Positions 1-11,591 of a stretch of DNA of 64,000 nt are shown here, one piece after another; the stretch's first letter is position 1; every line of letters begins with the position of its first letter. Made by a program: the position numbers and the translations under genes. The DNA lies in the NCBI GenBank assembly GCA_002269645.1, contig NIVC01001407.1, forward strand, positions 124,001-188,000, read 5' to 3'. The notes beneath the pieces were generated by a model. The model did no database searches and was not told the DNA's origin. It saw nothing but the letters and a program-made list of their open reading frames with translations. This stretch comes from Macrostomum lignano. Taxonomy: Eukaryota.

Positions 1-187
1 AAATTAATAAATATTGATATTTACTAGTGCTACTAAAAGTAATACAGGCGCAGTATTAAGGATACCTCGTAAAACGTCAATTTGTAAAATTTGAAAAAAG
101 CTCTTTCAACACTTTCCATCACCGTTAGTTGTTCATATGATATATTTCTCATTAATCTGCCATAAAGTTGTGCCCAAAAAAATGGAT

Positions 188-3100
188 TCAACCATATTTG
201 ATTTTAGCAACAGCAAACTCCGCAACAAGAAATAGCAAACCCAAAAAGTAGAAACAGCCGGTGACAATGAAGCAGCCAGTCACGGTATCCAGGCTGATTG
301 GCTCGGCGCCAGAGTAGCTGCTGCTCACGCCACTGCACTGAGAACCATCGTCTGGCGCAGCATAGTACTTGTCAATCAGCACCTGGATCTGTCCGCTTTC
401 TCGTAGTCGTTTTAAGCTGTAATAATTTGACCGGAAATTACAACCTGTGTCTAGAGCAACTCTTATTTAAGTCTGCCGCAACGAGTTAGTAACTAAATCT
501 AGTCTTACTAACAGTACATTATAGTCATTATTTTTGCTGCAAAACCATAATTAATAATTCGTTTTTTATAATGGTCTCGTTTTGACACATTGACCCGAAA
601 TAACTGCCGGATTTCGCTAATGAAAGGTCAGGTTTCGTAGATCTCGGCCATTAAGACAAAATTTCAGAACCTGCGAAATTCTGGATGAAATTCTTATGAA
701 GCTCAACGAGGATGTCAATTTATAAAGCCTGCATGATGGAATCGTTAAGCAAGATCGAGGACCAAGCCAACAGGAACTGATACCTAGCTGGTTGGTCGAA
801 TTAACGAGCAGTCCAACCATTATCCATTTCAGTCGGTTTCTGCTCGGTGACCAGCTGTTTCTGGTTAGATCCATTCAATAACCTTAGCTACTCACGGCTG
901 AAAGGTCGGGGGTTCGATTCTCGACCCTCTCGGAACAATTTGTGTCCTTGAGCAAGACACTTTGACTCTGCATTGCTTCAGTTCACCCAGTGACCTCCCC
1001 CCCCCAGTCCTTGGACTGAACAGCCGTACGCAGCCTTCAGATGCGCCGCGCGATAGCTGCAGCTGAGCTCTGTCGGTTGAACATCTGCCCATTAGGGCAG
1101 GTGTAATCAATTATTATTAACATTATTACTGGCGCGAAATTGGCCCGAAAAATCTAGGCCTTATAGGGAAAAGCATCTAATATAGCTAAGCAATGCTCAT
1201 ACATGAATTATTACGTTTTAAAGTCAACTAAAAAGAACACGAAGCAGCTTTCATCGATTTCCAAATCGAATAATTCAGGACTAGGCTGAATTAAACTGAC
1301 TAGTAGTATTACACACTTAAGCATGTCTCCATTAGCCGATGGACTCACTAGAAATTAATGGCTTCTCCGTAGATTGCATCCTCGGGATAGATAAATGCTA
1401 CGGTAGCAGCGTTGAATTGCACTTCTGCCAGGTAGACTTTAGTGCAGTTGAGCTTGGCAAAGTACTGCAGCCGAGAGACGTCTCCTAAGCATGCGGTTTC
1501 GCTGTTCTCCAAAGCCTGGGTAAATTTTGGTGAACTTCGATGTTGCCTCTCTCCTCTCCTCTCCTCTCCTCTCCTCTCCTCTCCTCTCCTCTCCTCTCTC
1601 TATTTTCTTTTCACTATTTTCCTTGACCCTCTCTCCCTCTTCTATCTCGCAGTCATGCACTGGATTCTTTCTCTGGACCTTGAGTCAAAAAGCTTGTTAA
1701 CCCCTTGCCCTTAGGGACAGCAATTATTCCTTTTAAGTCCGATAGAAGCGACGTTAGGCACGATTAGGCTGAAGTTTTTACTTATAGATTTATAGGCTGA
1801 CTGCGTCGTTAAGAGATCAAGACTGTCACAGTGATCTATCACTTCCACGAGTTCACCTTACTGTGATAGAGCAGCAGCCAAGGACCACTAGTTAATGCTG
1901 TATAGAGCTTTTAGCAGCCCCGAGCAGTGGTAGAGCTACAGGGGTAAAAGTAGCCACTGTTTAAAGTTGTCAAGGACTACTAGACTACGCATATACCTTA
2001 GCCTGGCGATCGGGATTTTTGTCTAGATCCTCTATAATATATCTCATACATGTGAAATAGTTGAGAATGAAGTAAGCCAAAGCTTACTAAGTAAGACTAA
2101 ACTACAAAGAAGCCTTAGTCCAATGCAGACATTAAAATAGGTTAGAAAAACGTACGCACGTACAAATTGTCTAAACTTGCATTAAACGACGATTCGACGG
2201 ATTTTTACACAAATTGAGAGTGGTCCTTGCATGCTGTACACAGCTCTTGATGTGTTGATGCACAATGGCAGCGTTTAAGTTTTGTGCCGTCGGCTGGCAA
2301 ATTTGTTCACCTTGCGACTGCATTTTGAGATTTTATACTCTTTATTCAAATAAGCATCTGATTAACTCTTTCTGGTACATCAAAAGTGCTTCATAAGATC
2401 GTGAGCCTGGGTCGTATTAATAGATTTCTTTCTGGAATCTCGAGGTTTTCGTGTATTATTGAACGAAATAAAAAAAATCTGGTAATCTGGTAGTTCTAGC
2501 GGTGAAAACTTAGACACACTCCATGCAGGGATGTACGCTTATAGCTACACTCGTGTAAATGTAAAAATCTTGCTCAAAAAACCACAATTGGCTCACCTCA
2601 AACGGACAATTCGGAGCATCAACAAGCAGCTTTCCAATCTGGTCGTAGATACCTACACTGTTTAAGGGTGACTTCATCAGATGGTAAATATTCGTGCCGG
2701 GTATGGCGCCAGGTTTAATTACAGTCTGGGACACCAGGTCTTCCAGCGATTTGATTGTTGGCTGGGTCACGGCAACGGTCAGCATAGAGGTGAGGAAGGC
2801 TGTAAAGTGTAAGAGGTAATGTCTGTACACTGATTTGCTCTTGTAAATTACGTTAGAAGTATCAAGTTAGTTGCTGGACTCCTACTGATTCCGCGACTAG
2901 CAACTCTTTTCGACCATGTTAAATTTCGAGTTTGTAAAACGCCCTTGCGGAATCACCTGTGTAAGAAGCTCCAATGATCACTACAAAGAAGAACCAAAAG
3001 CACAGCGAAATCCTGGGAGAACTAGCAAACGGATAAAAGTCCTGGCCTTGCTGCATCAGACAGCCGGTCACGGTCCACAAATATTCCAAATAGTTGGCCT

Positions 3101-6100
3101 CGTCAGTTATGGCGCACTCCAACTGCAGATTGACGGCTGAGAACGGGGAGTAGTAGGCCATGATCCAGACGCAGAATGCGGCCACAAACAGAGAGGCAGC
3201 CAGACACAGCCACAGCTGCCAGCTGAGCGGGTAGAACACGTTCCACATCTTGGTTGAGGGCTTCGGCTTCGGCACCAGGATACCGTTGTACTCAGCAAAC
3301 AAATCCGCTGAGAAGTCGATCACGGAGTCACGTTGTGTTGTTTTAGTGAAAGTCCCAGCGCCAAGCTGAACGATCTGAGGTTTTTCAATATTGTGCGTCA
3401 TGAATCTTTATTTAAAGTAGCTCTGAGACATTGAAGTCTAAAAAGTTTTATTATACTTTCGTACTTTCGTCATTGTAGATCTTCATTGTAGCAACAGGTA
3501 CGTGACAGATCGCTTGTGGAAGATTGTTTCTTGCTTCCATGGGTTTCAATGAATTCTTGGCAAAATACAGAATAAAAATAGCCTGCTACATGCTACGGGT
3601 CAAAAATGGCAATGCGCTACGTCATTCTACTTAAACAGTCCGTTTTTGCTCAAATCAATTTTAAAACTGGTCAAAACAAACTGTAAATTAAGTTGAGCAA
3701 TCTCAATTATAGCAGCTTATTGCAGCATTCATCAGTTAGAAGAAACGTGCATCTACTCTCCCCGTGGCCAGACTCACCCCACGCTGAACCTCGCCAACAC
3801 AGCCGGAAAAGTAGGGCGATCCGGGCACAGGGCCGCCCCACTGACCATCATCCGGTTTCTTCAGGACGTACCTTAAAAATGTTCCAGTAACAGTAACCAG
3901 TAACGCATACAAAATTTTTAACTACTGACAGATCCCTTGATAGCAAAACACCTTATTGAAAAATCGCACCTGAAGTTCAACTTTTTTGACAGATATTCAA
4001 TAATATCCGGTACGTAGCCGGTGCCGATAAATGACCGATTTCCTAGCTCCGCTTTGACTGTGGTTACAGGATGTAGCTACAAATTGAATGTTTAATTTCT
4101 TAGCTACTAGCTTAGAAACATTTAAGGTCGAAACTCCTAAAGCTAAACGTGATCACGTACTGGAGGTGCGCAGGCCACAATGCTGGCATTATTGAACCCG
4201 GTGAAGGTGTTGGGGAACACGAATTCACCGCCGCTCTTGTGGAACAGTTTCGTCAGAGAGCCGCTGCTGAACCGACCGCTCAGCACGAACCGAGCTGCCG
4301 CTCCCACCTGCTCAGTGAATGACGCAGCGATCTCAACGCCCTGAGCGTTGAAGAATCCTGTTGTCGAGTTGTAGGAAATCTCACCGCGACTCGAGTCGAA
4401 GCTCGATAGCTGAAATGAGACACAGCGGCGACTGCAACTGCTCACATCTGAGATCAGTTAATGAGGGAGCACTGGAGCAGTGAAATGAGCAATAAAGTGA
4501 GCTGTCAAATGCTGCGAGCACGAACTCACGGACATGACGTTGCTGAGCACTTGAGAGCCAGACGACCACGGCTGCAGAGGAAAGCATGACGCGTTGCTCT
4601 CTCGGAATCCCTGCTGAGTCAGCGAGTCTGTGAGAGCGTTCGCCAGAGCCTCGATCGCATCCACGAGACGGATGTCCAGTGTCTTTGCGAGATTTCGGTT
4701 GATGGGAGATCGAGTATTAATGTGAGTACGGTATATTTTTTTCCGAAAATTAGTGCTTAATCTTTGATGCTTTGAGTGAGTTTGTGATTGAGCAATGCAG
4801 GGCAGGGCAGGGCAGGGCAGGGCAGGGCAGGGCAGGGCAGGGCAGGGCAGGGCAGGGCAGGGCAGGGCAGGGCAGGGCAGGGCAGGGCAGGGCAGGGCAG
4901 GGCAGGGCAGGGCAGGGCAGGGCAGGGCAGGGCAGGGCAGGGCAGGGCAGGGCAGGGCAGGGCAGGGCAGGGCAGCTGGCGCTCACCCGAATGCTGTCGG
5001 TGTCGCAGCTCGGAAAGACGTCTCTCACTGCAGGCGGACAGTCCGATGGCCGATTGACGCCAGTTGTGCCTCCTCTGAGCAGAGCCAGGTTGCAGTTGTT
5101 GGGACACACCCGCATCAGGTGGGACTTGCTGAGTCCGCCGCTGTCAATCACGAGCCAGAAGTAGTTCTGCTGCATGACGCTGGCGTTCGCAGCGGCTGCC
5201 GTGATGCTTTGCGCGTTGCGAGGCGTCGCCATGACGATGGCGTTGAACAGGCGCTTCTTCATGAGGCGTCTGAGCCTCTCAGAGAGAAGATCTCCGCTGA
5301 GTGTGGGATCGGCGTTGAAGATGATGGAGCTGATGCCGATGCTTGACAGTCGCGTCTGCAGCAGCTGCAGCATTTCTCCTCCTGTGTGATTACAAGTGAA
5401 AATTCGCTTTGTCAAGTTTAGGACTTTTTTATACGACGTAATCAATAAGATATCTGCTCACCCGAAGCTCTGTCATACAGAATGGCCACCTCTTTGGCTG
5501 CTTTCGACTCCATCACGGCGAAGGCGGCATTCACAAAGAAATCTGTGTCGTGACTTCCTGTGACTCCAAAGGCTGGGCAGCATTGATGGGTGTTGTTGTA
5601 ACTTTAGCTCCAATCCATTTGCTCCAATTTCAGTTTCAACAAAGCAACTCGATGCTCGTTCTCTTACCGAAAACCAAGATTGATAACAGACTATACCCAC
5701 ATACCCATATCGACACTTTAGCTAGTCAAAATAGTATCGATTTTCTGTCTGATACCTGCACTTAGGTGACCAAAGTTATCCGATGAAGTATTTGAGCGCG
5801 GAGCTTTCATATAAAAATCATTCTATTCACAATATTACTTGAAAAGTTTCTTTCGTCTTGTCAAAACCGAAGCAACCCATGTACAAACAGACTCACGGAG
5901 AATTTCATCCGGGCTGCACAGAGCAGTTGGCAGGGCGATGAACGGCAGTTGAAGCGACTTGGCTAGCGAGCTCAGGTCCGAGAGGAGACCGCAGCTGCCG
6001 ACCGCAAGAAGAGCTGACAGATTGGACTGAGAGCACACTGGAACAGAAGAGGAGGTCTGCTCTGCACTTTGATCGAGTGTCACTTAGTGTACTTCTTCTT

Positions 6101-6459
6101 CAGAAGTATCGACGCGCCTGAGCTCTCAAATAATGTGTTTACCTACACGTACTTGACCTCAATTTATAACGGGCTCAATCCTGACATTATTGATTCGTTT
6201 CCCAATGCTGCAGAGTGCAGAGTTACTCACCCCACTTTGCAGCCTGCTGAGCTCCATCCGCGGGCACCTGAACGATCGCATGCGACATCAAGTGGCCTGG
6301 CAACAGTCTCCAGTTTGAGTTCACCCGTCTGCTCACAGCCAGGTCGATGAGGGAGCTGTTCACTGCATTCTGCTCGACCACAACTGCCAGCTTGAAGTCC
6401 AGGCCTGAGGTGATAGTTGTCAAAGAAAGGATGACAACTGCTGATGCAAGCCTCAACAT
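188..6459 (-). CDS. Ionotropic glutamate receptor-like protein (ATD + S1/M1-M3/S2/M4), 12 exons, ~834 aa
   Basis: Hand-spliced exons 6231-6459, 5897-6061, 5462-5557 (alternative acceptor 5572), 4987-5381, 4530-4682, 4161-4409, 3970-4076, 3778-3871, 2957-3374, 2597-2799, 1349-1515, 188-416. All introns are GT-AG with compatible phases; total 2505 nt. Signal peptide MLRLASAVVILSLTTITSG; S1 motifs GYVPDIIEYLSKKLNF, YVLKKPDDGQWG, GCVGEVQRG, TKTTQRDSVIDFS; M1 PLSWQLWLCL; pore LMQQG; S2 IKSLEDL, LKRLRESG; M4 then stop. Confidence 0.92.
886..1125 (+). mobile_element. tRNA-derived SINE with CORE-like central domain, in iGluR intron 11
   Basis: B-box GGTTCGATTC, then GTGTCCTTGAGCAAGACACTT...CATTGCTTCAGTTCACCCAG and an (ATT)-rich tail. 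A related copy is split at 23365-23528 / 33270-33320. Confidence 0.7.
1547..1600. repeat. (CTCCT)n microsatellite
   Basis: Directly visible pentamer array next to the acceptor of iGluR exon 11. Confidence 0.9.
4797..4975. repeat. (GGGCA)n pure pentamer array, ~36 units, in iGluR intron 4
   Basis: Uninterrupted GCAGG repeats. Confidence 0.97.
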
Positions 6460-6884
6460 TTGAATAATTGTTTCTCAAACATTTGATAAAGTTGTATCTT
6501 GTAGATACTCGGTCGTTTTCTGGACAAATTATTATATATTCTCTTTTTTGCAAGCTTATCAACCAATGAAATCCATCTTGCATGACGTCTGTTTGCAGCC
6601 AATGAAAATTAGCAACAATTTCCTGCCACAAATCATTGTGTCTTAAGAAGTAATGACTTTTCTTATAACCTGGACCTGATTTTATTGAATTTCTAATAAA
6701 GTAAAAAAACTGAAAGCGTTTGTATTTTAAAATGTAAATTTATCCTTTTCTGTTTTTATTTAATTCGTAAATTCATAACGCTGGAATGAAACTGCGTTTC
6801 TGAATACGCATTGCAGTGAAGTTAATCAAAGTTAGCTCTGTACTGTTAAAGATTAAGGACACATTCGAATGTACCACAAACATA

Positions 6885-7351
6885 CTCAAATGTGTCAGAA
6901 CACAGTAAAATGTGTTAGGACACACAAATATGTCAGGAGACAGGTCAAATGTGTCAATATACAGACAGATGTGTCAGTATTGCAGTCAAATGTTTCAGGA
7001 TACCCTCAAAAGTGTCAGGATACACTCAAAAGTGTCAGGATACACTCAAAAGTGTCAGGATACACTCAAAAGTGTCAGGATACACTCAAAAGTGTCAGGA
7101 TACACTCAAAAGTGTCAGGACACAGTCAAACGTGTCAAGATACAGTCATTTGTGTCAGGATACAGTCAAATGTGTCAGGATTGCAGTCTAATGTGTCAGG
7201 ATTGCAGTTAAATGTGTCAGAACATATAGTAGAATGTGTCAGAACATATAGTAGAATGTGTCAGAACATATAGTAGAATGTGTCAGAACATATAGTAGAA
7301 TGTGTCAGAACATATAGTAGAATGTGTCAGAACATATAGTAGAATGTGTCA
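6885..7351. repeat. Minisatellite with 20-22 bp units (AAGTGTCAGGATACACTCAA / TGTGTCAGAACATATAGTAGAA)
   Basis: Tandem units sharing a TGTCAG core; two sub-arrays. Confidence 0.9.
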
Positions 7352-7974
7352 GCCTGGTGGTCTACACACAGAAGACTGTTGTGCTCTGCCGGACGACATC
7401 GAGGCTGCTATTGTCTGCCTCGGCAGTCTGGGGCCTGACGTTCGCGAGGACCTTTTATTTTCGTCGTCCTAAAAATAGACAAACTCCTGTATACTACTGT
7501 CCCAGATGGCGTCAGTGGTATATGTATAGCACGGATACCTTTTTCCAATTAAGAAGAATTTTATTGATTCTTCAGAGCTGCCTAACTGTTTAGTCAAATG
7601 ATTTTGAATTCATTGATTAAACAAATGCACCTCTGCACCAATGTTTACCAAGCTAGGAATTCATTGAAATCATGGTGAACTGCGTTCTTAGTGCAACTTT
7701 TAATCAAGATTTCAGATAGGCACAGAGAGGAGAACAGAGGATTGACTCAAGGTTGTAAAAAGATCCCCGCACAAGCCATCAATCATTAGAGAGCTTAGGC
7801 TGAATAATACATATAGTTAATCCATGGGTATCTTTTTTAAAATCCACGTCCTAATTAAGGCAGCACTACAATGCACACATGAGTTTCAGTGACAGTAAGA
7901 AGGCAATGCTACAAAATTTCAACGTCTCACATGAAATCCTGTAAGTCTATTAAGCGCTTTTCTTCTTGCACGCC

Positions 7975-8205
7975 CAGTTTTGTACATCCAGTCTTGTACA
8001 CACGGTATTGTACACACAGTCTTGTACATCCAGTCTTGTACACACGGTATTGTACACAGTCTTGTACATCCAGTCTTGTACACACTGCAGTCTTGTACAT
8101 CCAGTCTTGTACACAGTCTTGTTCATCCAGTCTTGTACAACCAGCCTTGTTCATCCAGTCTTGTACACCCAGTCTTGTACACCCAGTCTTGTATCCCGAT
8201 TGTAC
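7975..8205. repeat. Degenerate tandem repeat built on CAGTCTTGTACA
   Basis: Many consecutive CTTGTACA-containing units. Confidence 0.85.
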
Positions 8206-8634
8206 ACCTCGTAACATTCAAGGAAAATACCTTAGGTATATAAAAGAAAAACGCTTGGACTCAGCAAAGGGACGCTTTTTTATCGTTTTATTTTGAGGCT
8301 ATTTAAGGAATGATATAAGGAGCTACTAATTAAGAGTTTAATTAACCAAGGATGTTTACATGTAACAGCCAAAAACAGTGAGACCGATTTCGAAACAACG
8401 AAATCGCTTCATTGAATTGAAACTTCGCTGTTAAATAAATTGTAGATAGAGATAAGATAAAGATAAGATAGAGATAACGATAACGATAACATAACATAAG
8501 ATCACTATGCTTGCATCAGACAGGGCTTTAATAATGCTGCTGCTGATAAGTCATCGTGAAATTGTTTTAAATTCCAACAAATTAACGTTCCGATTATAAC
8601 AAAAAGGCTCCTTTCTGTGGCGATTAAATGTAGC

Positions 8635-9432
8635 TTAATTATAGCCGATTTCAAATGACTGGCCAATCAGTTTGATGGCCATAGCAACTAGAGCGACTCC
8701 GAGCAGAGAAGCGCCGGGAGACAAGCCGTTGGCGCTGTTGCAGAGAGTCTCTGAGCAGATGTGGCAGGAACCAGTTATGTTCGACAGGGGGCAGGAGCTG
8801 CCGCAGCCCTTAGTGGCCTGGCAAAGTTGACGGAACGTGATGTACATGTACAATTGATTGTTTTATTATGATGATTCATTGCTAGATAACATGTAGCTCT
8901 TTGACAACTTAGCGCCATCCTTTGACACACAAAAGTGACGCCAAGGATGCTACATGTAAGGGCACGTGTCGTCTGAAACCCATTCAGCCAGCCCATTCAA
9001 GTGGCGAACACAGACGGAATCTTGCTGAGTGTACAGCAGGCTCCTGACTTTCTAATCGTCAGGCATGTCACTCTCTGTGCCTTGGGGGCTGGCTTTCATG
9101 GCTGTGAATTACACGACAACCCTCGATCTGCACCCAAGTCCCAAATTAATGCACGAGTAATGGGAATCAAACCAGGGGTCGTGTTTCGAGAGAGGTAGAG
9201 AGTCAGGCGCATTACCACTCAGCCGCTCTACAACCACTAAAGATTTACACAATTCTATATTTTACAATAAATAAAAATGCATAAAAAGCTTTCTGCAATT
9301 CTCTACTCACAAGAGCCGAATAGACAAACTTGTAGCAGGAGGTCACATTCGTGTCGCAGGCGACCTTGTTCTGGCTTAGAGATATGAACGACACCGAGGT
9401 ACTCGTGAAGCACTCAAATGCCAGACAAGGGG
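8635..9432 (-). CDS. Ly6/uPAR three-finger, GPI-anchor-type small protein (5' signal exon not located)
   Basis: Exons 9311-9432 and 8635-8817 splice in phase to ..AFECFTSTSVSFISLSQNKVACDTNVTSCYKFVYSAL|ATKGCGSSCPLSNITGSCHICSETLCNSANGLSPGASLLGVALVAMAIKLI..*. Eight core Cys, terminal C-x4-CN motif, hydrophobic GPI-like tail. Confidence 0.8.
9030..9235 (-). mobile_element. Probable tRNA-headed SINE in the Ly6 intron
   Basis: Minus strand reads ..GGCTGAGTGGTAATGCG.. (A-box-like) and GGTTTGATTCCC (B-box-like); no full cloverleaf; 3' limit approximate. Confidence 0.45.
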
Positions 9433-10227
9433 CTGCGTTAAATATTAACAAAGTTTAGCATTTCTTAAAGATGTGGAACTACTAATTTTTCTATCATCTC
9501 TAATACGTAATGCATCTCACCCTCTAATAATCTCACCAATTCTATTTCACACTCTGTTATATCTCATCCCCTATAGTATACTGTATATCTCTCCTATACT
9601 ATCCCCACGCCTACAACTCGTACCCCTACTATCTCACCTCTATTCTCTTCCCTCTGCTATATCTCACCCCCCCTACTCTGTCACAATCTACTACATATGC
9701 ATGTATCTCAGCCTCTAGTATACGTACTATCTCACTTTTACTATCCCACCATTACTATCACACCTCACTATCTCTCTACCATCTATCACACACACTCAGC
9801 AATACAATACGCAGTTAAACTCACCCAAGATGAAGACAACAAAACAGATAAACACACCACTGGCATTTCTCAAATCCGATTTGCTAACTGATCCAAACAT
9901 GTTTATGAGTATTGATCGGCCAAGTTTTTTGCTTTAAAAAAACTCACAAGCATCCTCAGCGTCGCGTCTTTCACAGTCGGTAATATATAGCCGAAAATGC
10001 AGACAGAGAAACAGTCACATATAAGGATGTACTCACCCTTAACCTATTGTTTGCCCCAAATCTATTCTCCTCTTACCTCTACCCGCTCAATTTTGCTCTC
10101 TCTATTGAAAGCCTACCCTAAATTGCCATGACAACTGCAAACAGCTTGGATTCCTAATGACAATGGGAACAAATAACGATTAATTAGTGATTGATTTTTA
10201 TTGCTAGCTTATTGCAAATAACAAGAG

Positions 10228-10375
10228 CCGTAGCTTAATTAGTGGTCTAGTGCGGCGCTCTAATGTGCTAGCGGTCCAGGCTCGATTCCACGGGGTCTCT
10301 CATGACTCTGACATTAATTTTTATGCTAAATTAAATAAGTCAGGGCAGCTATAAACTCTTGTGTGTGTGTGTGTG
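10228..10375 (+). mobile_element. Possible short tRNA-headed SINE ending in (GT)n
   Basis: GTAGCTTAATTAGTGGTCTAG (A-box-like), GGCTCGATTCC (B-box-like), (GT)n tail. Confidence 0.35.
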
Positions 10376-10786
10376 CCTGTGCGTATGACTGCGTACGTAT
10401 CCGCGCGCTTGTGTGCCTGCTCAGGGGAGTCGGCGGAATGGGGCAGTAATGCCTCTCGCCGGTTGTGTGCCAATGTCACTCAAATTTATAACAAAACTAA
10501 AATGAAAACCAAGCTCATTTTTAATTCAACGAACTGCTTTTACCACGGGACAATCTGTAAAGATTGCGGTCCCCAAATAATTTGCAATCAATTTTATTTA
10601 ACACTAACAAGAACAATATAGTAACAGTCATTTTCGCCGCAGTTCACAAGAAATACATCCATACTACTCGTAGAGCTTATGGTTGCCGAGTAGAGTTTAC
10701 TGATGCAGCTCCGGATGAACGCTCTGAAAAAAATATTTTTAGAAGTGCAGAATAAGGTTAACCAAGTAGGTGACAAATCGATAATA

Positions 10787-11510
10787 TCTCCCCTCCCTTC
10801 TCATCTCTATCCCCTCCCTTCTCATCTCCATCCCCTTCCCTTCTCATCTCCATCCCCTTACCTTCTCATCTCCATCCCCTCCCTTCTCATCTCTATCCTC
10901 TTCCTTCTCATCTCCATCCCCTCCCTTCTCATCTCCCCTCCCTTCTCATCTCTATCCCCTCCCTTCTCATCTCTATCCCCTCCCTTCTCATCTCCCCTCC
11001 CTTCTCATCTCTATCCCCTCCCTTCTCATCTCTATCCCCTCCCTTCTCATCTCTCTCCCCTCCCTTCTCATCTCTCTCCCCTCCCTTCTCATCTCTCACC
11101 CTTCCCTTCTCATCTCTCACCGTTTCCCTTCTCATCTCTCACCGTTTCCCTTCTCATCTCTCACCCTTTCCCTTCTCATCTCTCACCGTTTCCCTTCTCA
11201 TCTCTCCCCCTTCTCATCTCTATCCCCTCCCTTCTCATCTCTATCCCCTCCCTTCTCATCTCTATCCCCTCCCTTCTCATCTCTCCCCCTTCTTATCTCT
11301 ATCCCCTCCCTTCTCATCTCTATCTCCTCCCTTCTCATCTCTATCTCCTCCCTTCTCATCTCTCACCATTTCCTTTCTCATCTCTCACCCTTCCCTTTTC
11401 ATCTCTCACCCTTTCCCTTCTCATTTCTCGCCCTTCCCTTCTCATCTCTCACCCTTACCCTTCTCATCTCTCACCCCTTCCTTCTCATTTCATCTCTCTC
11501 TCCTTTCATC
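10787..11510. repeat. CT-rich degenerate tandem repeat (CCCTCCCTTCTCATCTCTATC-like, ~20-22 bp)
   Basis: Polypyrimidine tract of reiterated CCCTTCTCATCTC units; the overlapping long ORFs are low-complexity artefacts. Confidence 0.9.
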
Positions 11511-11591
11511 TCATAATATTAGTCATTACAATTTTAGTTAGCACATTTCCTTATACACACTGAGAACAGCGGCCCACAGGCATGAAGATTG

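Noticed and set aside
617-874. Additional iGluR exon
   Set aside because: No iGluR similarity in any frame; exons 11 and 12 join in phase without it.
4750-5445. ORF ending in (PALPC)n
   Set aside because: Only 4987-5381 is exon; the repeat lies beyond the CGG|GTGAGC donor.
8524-8552. Hammerhead ribozyme core (CTGATAAG..GAAA)
   Set aside because: No stem II pairing or flanking stems.
9030-10345. tRNA genes
   Set aside because: A/B-box-like motifs are present but no convincing cloverleaf; treated as SINE heads.
9940-10780. Candidate first (signal-peptide) exon of the Ly6 gene
   Set aside because: The donors found (9947, 10036, ~10116) give the wrong phase or in-frame stops; left unresolved.
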